Below are positions 36,561 to 49,619 of a stretch of 64,000 nt of DNA, piece after piece. Source of the DNA: Camelus ferus (Eukaryota); assembly GCF_009834535.1 (NCBI RefSeq), contig NC_045696.1, forward strand, positions 117,740,001 to 117,804,000. Direction: 5' to 3'. The translations under genes were made by a program, and so were the position numbers. Numbering within the stretch: the stretch's first letter is position 1; each line of letters opens with the position of its first letter. The notes under the pieces are model-generated. The model was not told the origin of the DNA. It searched no databases and saw nothing but the letters and a program-made list of their open reading frames with translations.

Positions 36561-38344
36561 TTAGTTTTCAGACCCCATCCTTACTACTGCCGTCTTCCCA
36601 TCTGGCCTGAGCATCTAAAATAGTGATGAAAGCCACAAGGCATGAGGAGGGCACTGATAAACTTAGGGCTTGAGCAAATTGATTTTTCCAAGATTCATGA
36701 AAGAAAAAGGGGTGGGGGTGGGTGGGTGCGGAACTCCTGAGAATTCTATTTCTAACAGCACGGAAGAGTAAAAATTCCGGCTGGGAAAAAAGTCATGACT
36801 GAAAATTTTCTCACAGTTTCTTATGTTTAATTTGGTCATTCCTCATCTCGTGAAGAGTCACCTCAATGGAGGGAAATTGGCTACACCGTTCTTCCACTCC
36901 AAGCACTATTCATAGATTTCTATTCTCAACCATGATATTTATATGCTGCCTAAAAGGAGGTTTTACAGTTATTTAGAATCATGCAGCACCAACAGAGAAC
37001 TTCTTTAATTTTGATCTGAAGATCAAAACACATTTGAATTTCCTAATATAATATTTGGGGAGAACACCAACCTGTGAAGATTGAAAGGAGAAAAACAATA
37101 CATAAGACAAGATCATAGAACCCAGTGGTTGCTTAAGAACTGAAAACAGAGTTCTCTGTGTGAACTTTTGAAATTATATACAAACTGTAATAATGTGGTT
37201 TGATAACTAAATCTTACTAGTCTGGGAGCAGTGTTTTCTGCTCACTGCAGTCTCTGACCCTGTCTTTATTTAAAATTCTGGGTTTTTCATCACAAATTTT
37301 TGGCATTAATTTCTACTTTTTTAATTTTGTATTAAAATATGATTTATCTTCATTACAGAGTTTTGGGGAATGCCTTAAATAGTGCACCCAAGGTTCTGCC
37401 CCAACCCTACAGGACATACAATGTCGGAGGTGAGGAAGTCATTAGAATAAATTTCAGAAATAAAAAGGACTCATTTTCCCCCAAGCAATTGTCTTTAGTC
37501 TTTCAATATCAATTGTATTAGAATAATTTTTAAAACAATCAGTCGTATCGCATTCATACACCACTCAGAAGTATAATTAAGAGTATTGTTTTCAGCACAT
37601 TTTACAGTCAAGAAACTCTTCCATTTAATTAATAGGTAAACTGAGGCTTGGACCATTAACTTGTAGATGGGTGGATTCTCTAAGCTGCTCCCGAGTAAAA
37701 TGTTTACCAAAAGATAACCCCACTGTAATGTAAGAAGCAGAGTTTTATGTTTGAACATTGTGTGAAATGCTATTGTCATCAAAGTTAATCACCAAGAAAG
37801 CTAAGGCTAATAAATGGCTTAGATGAATTGGAAAATTTGATCTTTACTTGGATTTAAATTAATGAAATTATACGGTATCAGAGATAGCACCTCGCTGGGG
37901 CATTTAATGTTAACAACTTTCATAATAGTCTCAAAGGGCATTGTTAAGAGGAACTCTGAATTGCCTGATGAAAAATTGCATTGTACCAGTATTTTTGCAA
38001 ACATAATGGAACGTCCAATAAATAGAAGAGGGTACAGGAAAATAAAGTTAAACCTTGTCATCACATAAAGCACACATAATCCCAAACATCTCCAACGGCA
38101 CACGACTGAATAAAAATAGTCTGGTGCCACATCAAATAATTCCTTGACAGACAAGAAGTAAGCAAATACAACACTGTGACCAAACCCTCTACTGGCTGAT
38201 GTATTCAGCTCTTTTGGTTGCAAGAAGCAGAGCTCAACTCAAGCTGGTTTAGGTTAAGGGAGGATTATTTTATGGCTGAATAGGGAGTAGAAAGAAGGAC
38301 AGGACAGAATGGAAATGTGGCTGGTTCTCACTGAGATGAGTGAT

Positions 38345-38580
38345 AGGTGTGAAACAAACACTGGATTTCAAAAAGTCAGTATAAAAAAAAAAGGTAAAAT
38401 ATTTCATGTTTATATTTATAGCACATTGATATGATCGCATTTTAGATTGACTGGCTTAAATAAAATATATTCTTCAAATTAATTTCACCTGTTTCTTCTA
38501 ACTTTTCTTAATGGGACGACTTGAAAATGTAACACTGCACGTGCGGCTCACATTCTATTTCTATTCACAGCACAGCTCTA
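38345..38580. mobile_element. hAT-Charlie fragment (MER33/MER3-like)
   Basis: 'ttaaataaaatatatt...aattaatttcacctgtttct...gtgcggctcacattctatttctatt..cagcac'. Confidence 0.75.
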
Positions 38581-40756
38581 GAGAGGATGGCATTGAGGTG
38601 CAGGTCAGGGAAGGGGATTCTCATCCTACGAAACAGGAGGGCAGCAGGAGCTGAGCGTGAAGGAGTTTCAAAGGGAGGACGAGCCTAACGAGACAACACT
38701 TAACTGCAGACTCACTAACGAGTAAGAAAAGCCTGGAAGGAAAGAGACCTCCTAGGTCCCGCGAGCCTTCGCCAGAAGGCGCCACCTTCTCTTCCCTCCC
38801 AGTGCATCTCCCTTCCTCCCTCCTTTTCTATCTTCCTTTCCTTCTCTTTTCTCCTCCTTCTGTCTTCCTTTCCTATCTTTTTTTTTTTTTAACTAAACAA
38901 GAAGAAATCTTGATTATCCTGAATGCATCAAACAAGAAAGCAAGTGGTGATTAACCCCTTCCCGTATCATGCTTTCCGCTCTACACGGGAAACAAGCTCA
39001 ACTTACAAAGCAAGCATGGGGTTGAGAGAAAACCCGAAGAGGAACTCCTCAGGGCCTCCTAGCAATGGTCCCAGTGTCTTGCTTGCACCGGAGCCCCTGC
39101 CGCCCTGCCTGCCCTGGCGGCCCCTGCTGATCCGTCAGCCCCAAGGAGTTCGAGGTGATTCCCCAAGGTTTGCGGAGCCCGTCCTTTATGGGCATGTCGG
39201 ACAGATTGTGTTTGTAACATTTAATGCCCACAATAACAATAATAAAACATGCTGGTGCGGGCTCTCTGTGTAAACACTTTCTTCTGAAGATAGAGTCAGT
39301 GAAATGTTTTAGGGACTTTGACATTTATGGCTGTATTTATCTTTTTTTTTTTGGATCGCTTCCCCAGAGTCACATGTTTGTGTATTTTAAATTCTCTGGA
39401 GAAACAAAAATGTTTAAACATAGTATAATGATGTGATACGCGTTTTACGAGCCCCTGCTCACCATCTAGGCATGAGGCAAGAGAGTTGGATGGTGAACCC
39501 TGAGAGGGGCTTCTGTCAATGTCGAACTTTCTAGAAAGAGGAAGAGGAGGTGTATATCACCTCTGAAAGAGACTTCTTTTGCTTGAAACTGGACTACCTT
39601 AAAAGCTGGAAACTCAACACTTACTCAGTTGGATCTGTGCATTGAGGAGAATTCTTGGGGCAGATACGTGCCCTATTTGTGCTTTCTAAGAAGATGAAGA
39701 AGACCTAGGAATTTTGTCGCCACTCTAGACTCACACATTAAATGAATTTACCTACTATTTAATTTTTGAAATTTCCTGGTGCACAGCACCCAAGATATAT
39801 CCATATGGCCGCAGAAACAAACCCTTTATTTTTAGCCAAAGCAAAGCAGTTAAGCTTTACTAAACACTTCATTTGGTATATACCAAGTATCTTACACGTG
39901 CTCATTTATTAAACAGTCATGACAAGTCTAAATAGCAAGTGACCAAGATGGTATTCAGACCAAGGGATGTCTCCTACCTAAAACTGTTCCTACTCCAATA
40001 TGCCATCCTGGAGTGAGGGGACATGGACATTTAAAAACATGTCTTCAAATTTTTTGACATGCTTCCTAAAGTGAATATTCCACTTGAATCTGGAACAACC
40101 TGAGAGCTCGGCTGGCCACTAGAGAATGGCAGAAGAGATTGTTGGCCTCAGAGGCTAGGCCAAGGTAGAAGGCCACTCAGTGTCCACCCCCTTAATTTGA
40201 GACAGTCATCTCTGGAGTCCTGAGCTGTTACATAAGAAGCGTGAGGCGGTCACGTTGTGAGGAAGCTCAGACCATGGTTTTGGAGGATTTCTTACACAGC
40301 AAGTACAGAAGAGTTTAAGTTTAGCTGAGGGTTAAGGGTCTAATTAATATGAAGCCTTATTTCATATTATTGATGAATTTTTAAAAGACCAATTCTCATG
40401 CAGGCTCCATTTAAAAAATTTTAAACACGAGTAATAGTTATGGTTAATACAATATACCTGACTTTGTTCTAGGGACTTTTATATGTAGTGATGCACAAAA
40501 TCTTCACAATACTCATGAAGCCACCAGTGGTTGTAATTACTTCTAATTTCACGTAGAAAGAAACCAAGGCACAGAGAGGCAAAGTGTTTGTAAGGTCAGT
40601 CAGCTATTAAATGGGAGAGCCAGGATTTGAACTAGGGTGTTCCTGCTCCAGATTCTGTGTTTAAAACTACCTCCTTTAGTGTCATGAATACATTCTCAAA
40701 TCAAAAAAGATTACTATTTGAACAAAATATGAACAAGAAATAAACATTTTCCCTCT

Positions 40757-41298
40757 CTGGTGATTTTACAGTAAGACCACAAATTCTTTACAACTCTTCC
40801 CGTTGAGAGGTGGGGCCTGTATCCTTAAATTCTATTGTGAATGCGTCAACCAACAGAACGCAGCAGAGGTGATGCTGTGTGCCTGCAAAGTGATGCTGTG
40901 TGCCTTAATAGGTCTTACACCTTCACTTTGTTCATTGGAGTATTTGTTCTTGGAGTCCAGAGTCACCACATAAGAAGTCTGACTATCCTGAAGCCACCAT
41001 GCTGCGCAGAAGTCACTTCAGTCTACAGTCCCAGCTGAGCATCCTTTAGCAACCCAAACCTGGGCACCGACACTTGAGTGAGAATCTCCAGACCATGCAG
41101 CCCAGTGCTCTGAAATACTCTCAGCCCTTTCAGTCTGCCCAGCTGAGGCTTCAAATATCATCGCACGGACACAACCGATCTCTGTTGTGTTCTGTCTAAA
41201 TCTGTGATCCATAGAATCAGAGAGAATGATAAGAATCGCTATTGTTTTATGTCCCTGAATGTGAGTGGTTGGTTACGCAGAAAGGGTAACTGAGATGC
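40757..41298 (+). mobile_element. MaLR LTR (MLT1F/G/H-like)
   Basis: 'ccacaaattcttt..actcttcccgttgagaggtgggg...gttttatgtc.ctgaa...ggttggttacgcag...taactgaga'. Confidence 0.8.
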
Positions 41299-41776
41299 CC
41301 TCATTCACCAACAACTCCTGAACTCGACGCCTAGAAGTCAGCACTAAAAATGTTTGCAGCTGCATTTTCAGTCCCTTTTCTCTACTTTTAAACACAGGTT
41401 CATATTCAGTTTTGAATATTAATAGAATCATTATATTTAAGTGGTTCACACACTTGCTTTTTTTTCACACTCATTTATTTGAGAGGTTTTTAACTGAGAA
41501 CCTACATGCCAAGCATCATTTAAGATGATGAGGATTCAGGATGAACAAAACAAAGTCCTAAAGTGGATGGAGGCTGTGTTTAGGTAACACTGTCCTGATT
41601 TGTATGTTCATATGTACAGGTCTACATAGTTCCTTTTCTCTGCCCATGTAGTATTCATTTTTATCTGCCCAATTAGGTTATATAGTACTAGAGGTGGCTC
41701 ATATTGTCAGATACATACAGTGTGTCCCATATTTGGCTATCGCAAGCAATATACAAGTATAGTTGTATATTTTCTC

Positions 41777-41914
41777 TTTTTTTGTCAGGGAGGTAATTGG
41801 GTTTATTTACTTATTTATTAATTTTCTTTTTATTTGATGGAGGTACTGGGGGTTGAGCCCAGGACCTTGTGCATGCTAGGCATGCGTTCTACCACCGAGC
41901 TGTACCCTCCCTAC
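41777..41914 (-). mobile_element. tRNA-derived SINE, camelid vic-1-like
   Basis: 'ggaggtactgggggttgagcccaggaccttgtgcatgctagg...accaccgagctgtaccc'; TSD tatattttctc at 41766-41776 and 41915-41925. Confidence 0.88.
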
Positions 41915-43033
41915 TATATTTTCTCCTACTAGAAAGCCCAAGAAATATAATTGGGAAGCATTGCATTTTAAATTCTGACACTGCCAAACTGGCTCCACCA
42001 GTGTATACTCCCACCAACAGCACATGAAAACGCCTGTTCCCTGATCTTCACCAACACTCGAGTCGATGTACTGGGAGCAAAACTGTCTTATTTGAACTCA
42101 CATTTTCCCCAATTATTAATGAGGTTACATCTTTAGGGGCTAATTATAATTCTTTTTCAGTGAACTGTTTATTCTTTTCCTTCACTCATATAAATAATTG
42201 GTTGTTTGTCTTCCCTAACTATTTAAAGGTGCTCCTACTTGAGTCTAATTATGAATCCTCTATTAATATGGAACAAAGAACAGTTTATTTGAGTCTAAAC
42301 ATGCTTGTAAGCTCCATTTTGCTTTTTATCATACAGAAGATTTTGATTTTTATGTGGGCAAATGTGTCCATCTGTTATTTCATATCTTTTGGATTTTATA
42401 TCTTGCTTATTATGAAGGCCTCTCTATGCCAAAGTTATGTAAACACTGTGTTTGTCCTCTATATTTAAAAACGTTTTTTTTAGACATCCCATTTTTTTTT
42501 AATGCATATGGAGTTTTCTTTTAGTGACTGGGGTGTGGCAGGCCCCATATTTCCTTTTCTTTTTGGTCTATTGATTGATACTCAGTTCCTGACTAATATT
42601 ACACTCTTGTAGTTATTATAAATTATAGTTTATTTTCATGCTTGGCAAGGAAAGTTGTCCCTTACTGGTAAATCCTCTTTAAAAAAAAATATCTTGGCTT
42701 TTCTTTTCTTTTCTCTTCCAAACTTTGGTAGTGTGGCTTATTGAGTTCCTTTCAAAAAAAAAAAGCTATAGGATTTTTGATTGAGATTTAATTGAATTTA
42801 TAGAAAAGTTATGGAGAAGTGATACTTTACAACCCAGAAACATGGTCATTTCTTCATTTATTCAAGTTTTCCATGAAGTTTTATAAGGTTTTTTTTTTCA
42901 TCTACATCTTGGCGTAGTTCTATTTCATTCCTAAAAACTTAATTATTTTGTTACAATTGTGAAAGGGAGTTATTAAAGTTTTATTTAGTTATTGCTAGGA
43001 CATGGAAAAAGCAGCTTTCTACCTGGTGATCTT

Positions 43034-43154
43034 CCTAATTTTTTTATTTCAGTGTCGTTGCTGTACAATATTATATGGTTACATGTGTACAATATACTGA
43101 TGCCCAATTTTTAAAGGTTATAGTCCATTTATAGTTGTTGTAAAATATTGGCTA
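43034..43154 (-). mobile_element. ~120-bp L1 3'-tip insertion
   Basis: TSD tctacMtggtgatctt at 43018-43033 and 43155-43170 (15/16 identical); body resembles an artiodactyl L1 3' end. Confidence 0.8.
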
Positions 43155-46100
43155 TCTACATGGTGATCTTGGAGTCAGTCTCTTTACTTATCATTTGGAC
43201 CTCTCGTCTGTGAACAATAACTGTTTTGATACTTTGTCTGCCCCCAAATTCGTCATTCTTATTTTTTTCTTCATTGACTCACGAAGACGTCCAGCAAAGT
43301 TTTGACAAGTTGAGATTATCATCAGCTGACTTTTCTTGCTCCTGAATGTTGTATTACCAAGTATGACACTTGCTGTGTGTTTCTGGTAGAAAACTTTAGC
43401 AAGAGAAAGCAGCTCATTCTATTTCTACCTCAGCGTTTGAAGGAAGGTGGACATTGAATTCTATCAAATTTTGGGGGGGACATCTATTAAGATATTATGT
43501 GGATTTTCTCCTTTAATCCATTAATATAGCAAAATAAAAGATCACATAATGTTCATTCAGTCAACACATATTTATTGAACACCTATTATATGCCAAGAAC
43601 TATAATAAATGCCAGGAATACAAACAAGAACAAACAGGCAAGTTTTCTGCCCTGAAGCTGAGCAATCTATGCATGCTTAGGATAAACCCTATTTGCTCTA
43701 GGTGTGTTACTCTCTTAGCTTGCTTCTGGACATGATTTGGTATTGTTTTGCTGGGGATGTTTTGCATCTGTGTTCCTGAGTGGAACTAGGTTGTGTTGCT
43801 CTGGGCCCCATTCAAAACTGACAGCTTTACAAGTTCTCAGTAAACAAACTGGAGCAAAGTATAGTGTTTCTCTCTATTTATTCGTCTTCTTTTAAATCCA
43901 TAATGAATTTTGTAGTTTCCTTCCTGTGGGTCTTAAACATTTCTTATTAAATATATTCCTAGATAATTTATTCATTTCATTATGAGTGAGATGCTTAAAT
44001 CAACTCTTCTAATTATGTATTGCTTGTATATATAAAACCGATTGATTTTTGTTTATTTGGTTTATGATTGATCGCTTAGATAGAAATTTCTCAAAAGGCT
44101 ATTAGTTTTTTTAACTGCTTTCCCCCTCCACCCGGTTTTGAGACTTCAGGATAGACTGTCATAATATCAGAAAATAGTAATATTTTCCCCTTCCTCTTGA
44201 ATAATTAAACATTTTTTCCCCTCGGCTAGATTTTATTTTATGGGTTAGAAATGCAGAATAATGTTAAATAATTGTACAATAAAGAACATCTTAATATTTT
44301 TTTTCTTCTTTTACAGTGAATGTTTATAGAGTTTTATTGTTAGGTATGATATATTGAGATAAATACTTTGTACCAACTTGAGAAAGAAGATTTCATTTAC
44401 TAAAAATCGATGTTGCATTTTTTTTTTCCAAAATAGTTTTTGGCATATTTTGGGATAATCACTTTATTTTTCTTCTGTGACATATTGATGTGAAAAATTA
44501 TATTAATGAATTCATAATATTGAATTATCTGTGCATTCTTGAAAGAAAACCTGCTGGGGGTTTGTTTTCATTATTTCATAAACAGCTGGATAAATGCAGT
44601 GCTGAATTTCAGATTTTGGCATCTAAATTTAAATATTTGTGAGATTAATTTGTCATTTTCTCTTTAGTGTTAGTTTTATTAATTTTTGGTGTTAGAGTTT
44701 TGCCAGTGCTTGAACTGGGTTTTTTCCCCACATATTTTAATGCCCTTGAGGAGTTAATAAGTCAGAAAATTATTTGTTCTTTAAAATCTGAAATACTTTT
44801 TCTTTAAATCCTCTGAATAGGTAAATATTTACATTTGTTTTTCGGTTTCCTCTTAAGAATGCTTTCTGCTTCTTTAGCAGTTAATATTCATATTTGATAT
44901 GAATAAGAATGATTTATTATATCAATATTTTGAAACGTTTTCATGTCTAAGATGACACCTCCTTTCTTTTCCTTAATTTTTCCCTCATCTCTTATTTTTT
45001 CTTTGATTAGAATAAATAGAGGTTTGTATATTTTATTCTTTTTGTTCTATTTATTGTCTGCTTTTTTCAAAAGGACCATTTGGATTTATTTTTCTATTCT
45101 TTCCCTTTTTGTTTACTAAATTTTAATTTCTGCTTTTATCTGTAATAATTTCTTCTTTTTTCCCCCTTAGTCATGCTTTGTTTTGCTCTTAGCTTCTCAA
45201 GTTAATGACTCAATTCATTTGTTCCTTTTGTTATTTAAACATAGAAGTATGGGTTGTTGTTTTTTTTTTTCCCCAATTATGGATTTGAATTTGTTGTGTG
45301 CTTATAATGATAATTTTCTAAGTATTTTGTAATTACACTTTTACTCTCCTGTTTGACCCAGAGTTATATAGAAGAATACTGTTTTGTAATTTCAAAAACT
45401 TGGGAAAAATTTTAATAAATTACTCTTGTTCAATACTAATTTGTTGCATTTTGATCAAAGAATATGGTCTATATAGATTTGTTTTTTAGAAAATTCTGAT
45501 GTTTTCTTTGTGATCAAATATATATAAAAATTTAAGTGCTTTCCAAATATTTAAAAAGAGAATATATCTTCTATTTGATGTTATTAAATTTCCATATGTA
45601 TTTTCAAACTGACTGAATTGGTGATATTATCAGATACTCTATTTCTTTGTAATTGTCTACTTTAACTCTTAAGAACAGAAAAATGCTTCATTTTCTTACT
45701 ATGCAATTCATTTTAGTCAATTCCTCTTTCTAATTCTAACAGTTTTTGCTGTATGCTTATTATATACTCTGTGATTTGGCACATGGAAGTTGAATCCTGA
45801 TACATTTTAATTTGGGATCTTCTTACCAACACTGAAAAAAACAAAGATTATCTATGAGACATTTAAATTTTTTTTTTGAAAATCTACTTCATCTTATATG
45901 ATTGTAATTCCAACTGTTTAGTAGGGGGAGTATTTCTTATACATTTTAATATAATCATATACTTTTAATTTTCTTGTGTTAATCTTTCTTAGATATCATT
46001 GATAGACAACTATTGCTGATTATGACCTAATCTCTGCCACTTAATAGGATAAAGTCATTACACGTGTCATAAATTTCACGTTTGTGCTTTCTTAAATTGG

Positions 46101-48568
46101 TTTACATTTTGTTTCAGGCTCTTTGCTATTTCCTTTGGTATTTATCTTTGATGCTATTACACAAGTTTTCTTTTTTTTTCCTCTTATTTTTATCTTTTAG
46201 GATGTAAAAGTATAAAATATATCCTACTTTTAATTTTGGTTACCTTTAATTTAATCCTACTTTTAATGTAAAGGTTACCTTTAAAAAATCAAACAACTCT
46301 ATTTCTGTGTCCACATTGGAGGGAAAGAATCAGTGCCTACCACTGTCCTCTAACTCAGGCTGCCATTCCTTCCTCAAGGTCTTCTCCACTACTTGGGGAT
46401 TTAGACCCAACTTCTTACTTGCTAAATATTATTTTTTACATTCCTTATCTTCTCTTTCAAGGGTTAATAATGAAGCTTGCAATCGCTGTTGTAGCTACAG
46501 TATATTTGCAACAATATAGATTTGAATCCATATTAAAACTTTTCAGTACATACTACCATTCCTTTTAATAAAAATTTACCTTCCTTGTACAGGATGTTTT
46601 AAAAACTGGACTCATTGTATGATTGTCTGGAAAACACTGATTTTTCTTTTCATGAAGACAACTTGATTGATTTAGTTTTTGACACTTGGTATCAGAGAAG
46701 GATTTTTTAATTGACTTCAAATGTGAATGATGATGTGTCCAGATCTAACATTCTTAGATCTTAGTTCTTCCTCCAAACTGGGCCTCTGAAGATGTTGCTT
46801 TATTTACTTCTGATCCTGGCTTTTCTTTCTTTGTAGCAACTTGTTTATTGTTTTTGTTTGTTCATTTCGGTTTTTTCCTGTCTTCCAGGATTCTTTTTGA
46901 AAAACTAAAATTTCAAACTTCCATGAGAACTGGTCTCTTTATGTTAATGTTGCCTAATATTCATCAAGCCCATTTGATTTGAATAATTGCTCACCTCTTA
47001 AGTTCAGAAAGTTATTTTCTATAAACTGTAGACTCATTGCTGTATTTCTACTTGTTCAGGTATTTTGGGACTCTATAGTTTCTTCCTGTTGGATTTCCAC
47101 TCTTTGCCCTCTGAATCTATCATCTCTTTTCTCAATATTTTTATCTCATTTTAATTTTCTTTTAATTTGGGAAGAGTGCTTCAGATTTGTCCTCTATATG
47201 ACTGATTTCATTACAAGCATTGCCAATTAAGCCCTTTATTACTTCTAATGCATTTTCCGTTCTGATATTTCATACTCAGTTTTATAACATTTTTCCTTCT
47301 TTCATCTTACTCTATATTTTGGTTTCTTAACCAGCTTCCTTCTCTCCTCAATATATTTTCTTCTCTCCTTTTCATCTCCTGCTTCATGGGGTCCTTGAAT
47401 GTTGTTTAGATCACAAAGCATATGCTGCTTAAAATTTATTCCCATTTCCTGCAGTAAATCTTTTTCAAAAGCATGCTCTTCCTCTGCCTCTCGAGTGCTA
47501 TATTTTCATTTCTTAAAGTTACAAGATTTTTCATATGCCTCATAATGAGGTTTTATTTTGCCTGTTTATTCATCCCTGAATGATGACTATTTTATCTGGC
47601 CTGTTAATTCTCTGCAAAACAGTGAAGAGATTTCTCTTGGATCCCATCTCAGTTTACTTGGTTTTTGTTCTAATCCCCCTTTAGACCTTATGCTAGATGA
47701 CATTCTACCCATTCAGTGATTAAACATGCTGATGGGAGAATTTCCTCTGACATTACGTGAGCCGAGGTCGTAACTTTCTCTGCGTATGGCAAAGCCATGT
47801 GCCAGGACCTCGATCTGGAATGACTGGACCCCGTTCCCTTGGCTACCACAAAGCAGGTTGAAAAGGAGCCTTTCGCCTTTGTGGAGAATCCCCCATTGCA
47901 AAGCCCAACTACTAGCCAAATGGTGCAGCCACAAGGGCTGGGCCGGGCCCCAAGCAGTGACTGCCCTTAGGTTCTCTGGACCTGCAAAGGAGACGTTCCC
48001 TGCTAGCCCTACAACCTGCCATGCCCTCCCACCGTGGACCCTAGGTTTCAGGGTATCATTAAATGCCTTCAAGATATCCACTGTTTTTCTCTCAAGGCTG
48101 TACCACTTTCTAGGTAAGTGAGTCCTCACGTCTTTCACAGACAGGGTCCCATGTGCACAAACCTCCTTGATGCTTCTGCGTGGGGAAAAGTGTTCCTCTC
48201 CAGCTTCCAACAGTGATGCAGGAGTTCCCGATTCTTGGGTTCCCTTTGACACTTTCTTTGGAATTGGGAAGGCTCCTGTGCTGACATTGCCATCTCTGCC
48301 TAGTTGCAAGCTGCCAATATCTAAATGGGTGGGATGTGTCTCAGAAGCAGTGGCAATCTCTGAGCTGGGCTTAGATTTTGGGTGCCAGTGCATATCCACG
48401 GGGCCAACCAGAACTGATGGGCTCCCATGGGGCTCTCAGAAGTGTTTTGCTGTCAGTCTCAGCCAGTCTCCTGGGTTACAGCCACATTGCAGTGATTCCT
48501 GATGCTGTTTCCAAGTTGGCCGGGTCTATACATATATCTGCACGTCTACCTTCGTTCTCACTTTTCTT

Positions 48569-48849
48569 TCTTTCCTTCCTTCCTTCCTTCCTTCCTTCCT
48601 TTCTTTCTTTTCTTCCTTTCTTTCTTTTTTAGTTTATTTTAATGATTGCATTTGCTTTATTCTTTTATGTTTGGTTTGTGGTTTTTGGTTTTTTTGTTTG
48701 TTTTTTGTTTTTGTTTTTGTTTTTGTTTTGGTGGAGAGGGGAGGTAATTAGGTTTTTCATTTATTTATTTTTAGCGGAAATACTGGGGATTGAACCCAGG
48801 ACCTTGTGCATATGAAACACACTCTACCCCTGAGCTATGCCCTCCCTTC
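48569..48849 (-). mobile_element. tRNA-derived SINE (vic-1-like) with long compound tail
   Basis: Body ~48733-48849 'tactggggattgaacccaggacc...ctgagctatgccc'; TSD tctcacttttctt at 48556-48568 and 48850-48862. Confidence 0.88.
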
Positions 48850-49619
48850 TCTCACTTTTCTTAAAGTCCAATTAAATATGAGTACCTATGAGCTGCCAGA
48901 CTACTAGAGGATTGGCTTGATTTAGAAAACCCGTTGCCCAGTCCAGTCCTCTGGATAGAGGTCTGGCTCCAACCAGGTGGCCAGGATCCTGTCCTTTACC
49001 CAGCTAACCTCTACAACCCACGGCCGAAGTGGGTCAAGGGCCCCCTGTGTCAAGGGTCCTCTGGACACTACACCAATCTGTAGTCCTTGCTGTCGATATG
49101 CCAAGGCAAGGGGAGGAGTCTTTACCTGGGGAGCCCTCCACCTAACCCTCTAACCCTTGGCTGCTTTTTGATCTCAGACTGAATTCAGTATCCCTCACTG
49201 GCCCAGAAGTCAAGGCTTGGGGCCAACTGCCCAGTTATTTAGCCAGTTTTTGTCCACCCCAAAATTAAAAAAAAAAAAAATTTATTTAATCCTCATAAAA
49301 TGGTATAACATGGATACAATTATAATCTCGAATTTAAAAATGAAGTACTTGAAGCCTAGAAATGGGTTTAAATAACTCAAGGTCACTCAGCTAGCAAGTG
49401 TCAGCATTACCACTTACTGGCCTGTCATCCTCCAAAACCCATGTTTTGAACTAGTATTTCAACAACCTCCTCGCTAGAGATATCCCCCCTAAAAATAGAG
49501 AGATTTCCCACCTTAATCATGAGTGTTAGCAGCTCTTTGGATTCCTTTCCATCAGTGTCATACCTTCTTACCATGGACCAATTGTCTACTAGATGAATCT
49601 GTATTTATGTCAACCTTAT

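Larger units (their letters stand above)
41590..48500 (-). mobile_element. Long, highly decayed antisense L1 (L1M-type), probably two pieces, ending in a GC-richer 5' UTR-like segment
   Basis: Strongly T-rich plus strand with scattered antisense ORF2 landmarks ('ggatttttgattgagatttaattgaatttataga', 'tgtttgacccagagttat'); no intact ORF; boundaries approximate. Confidence 0.7.
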
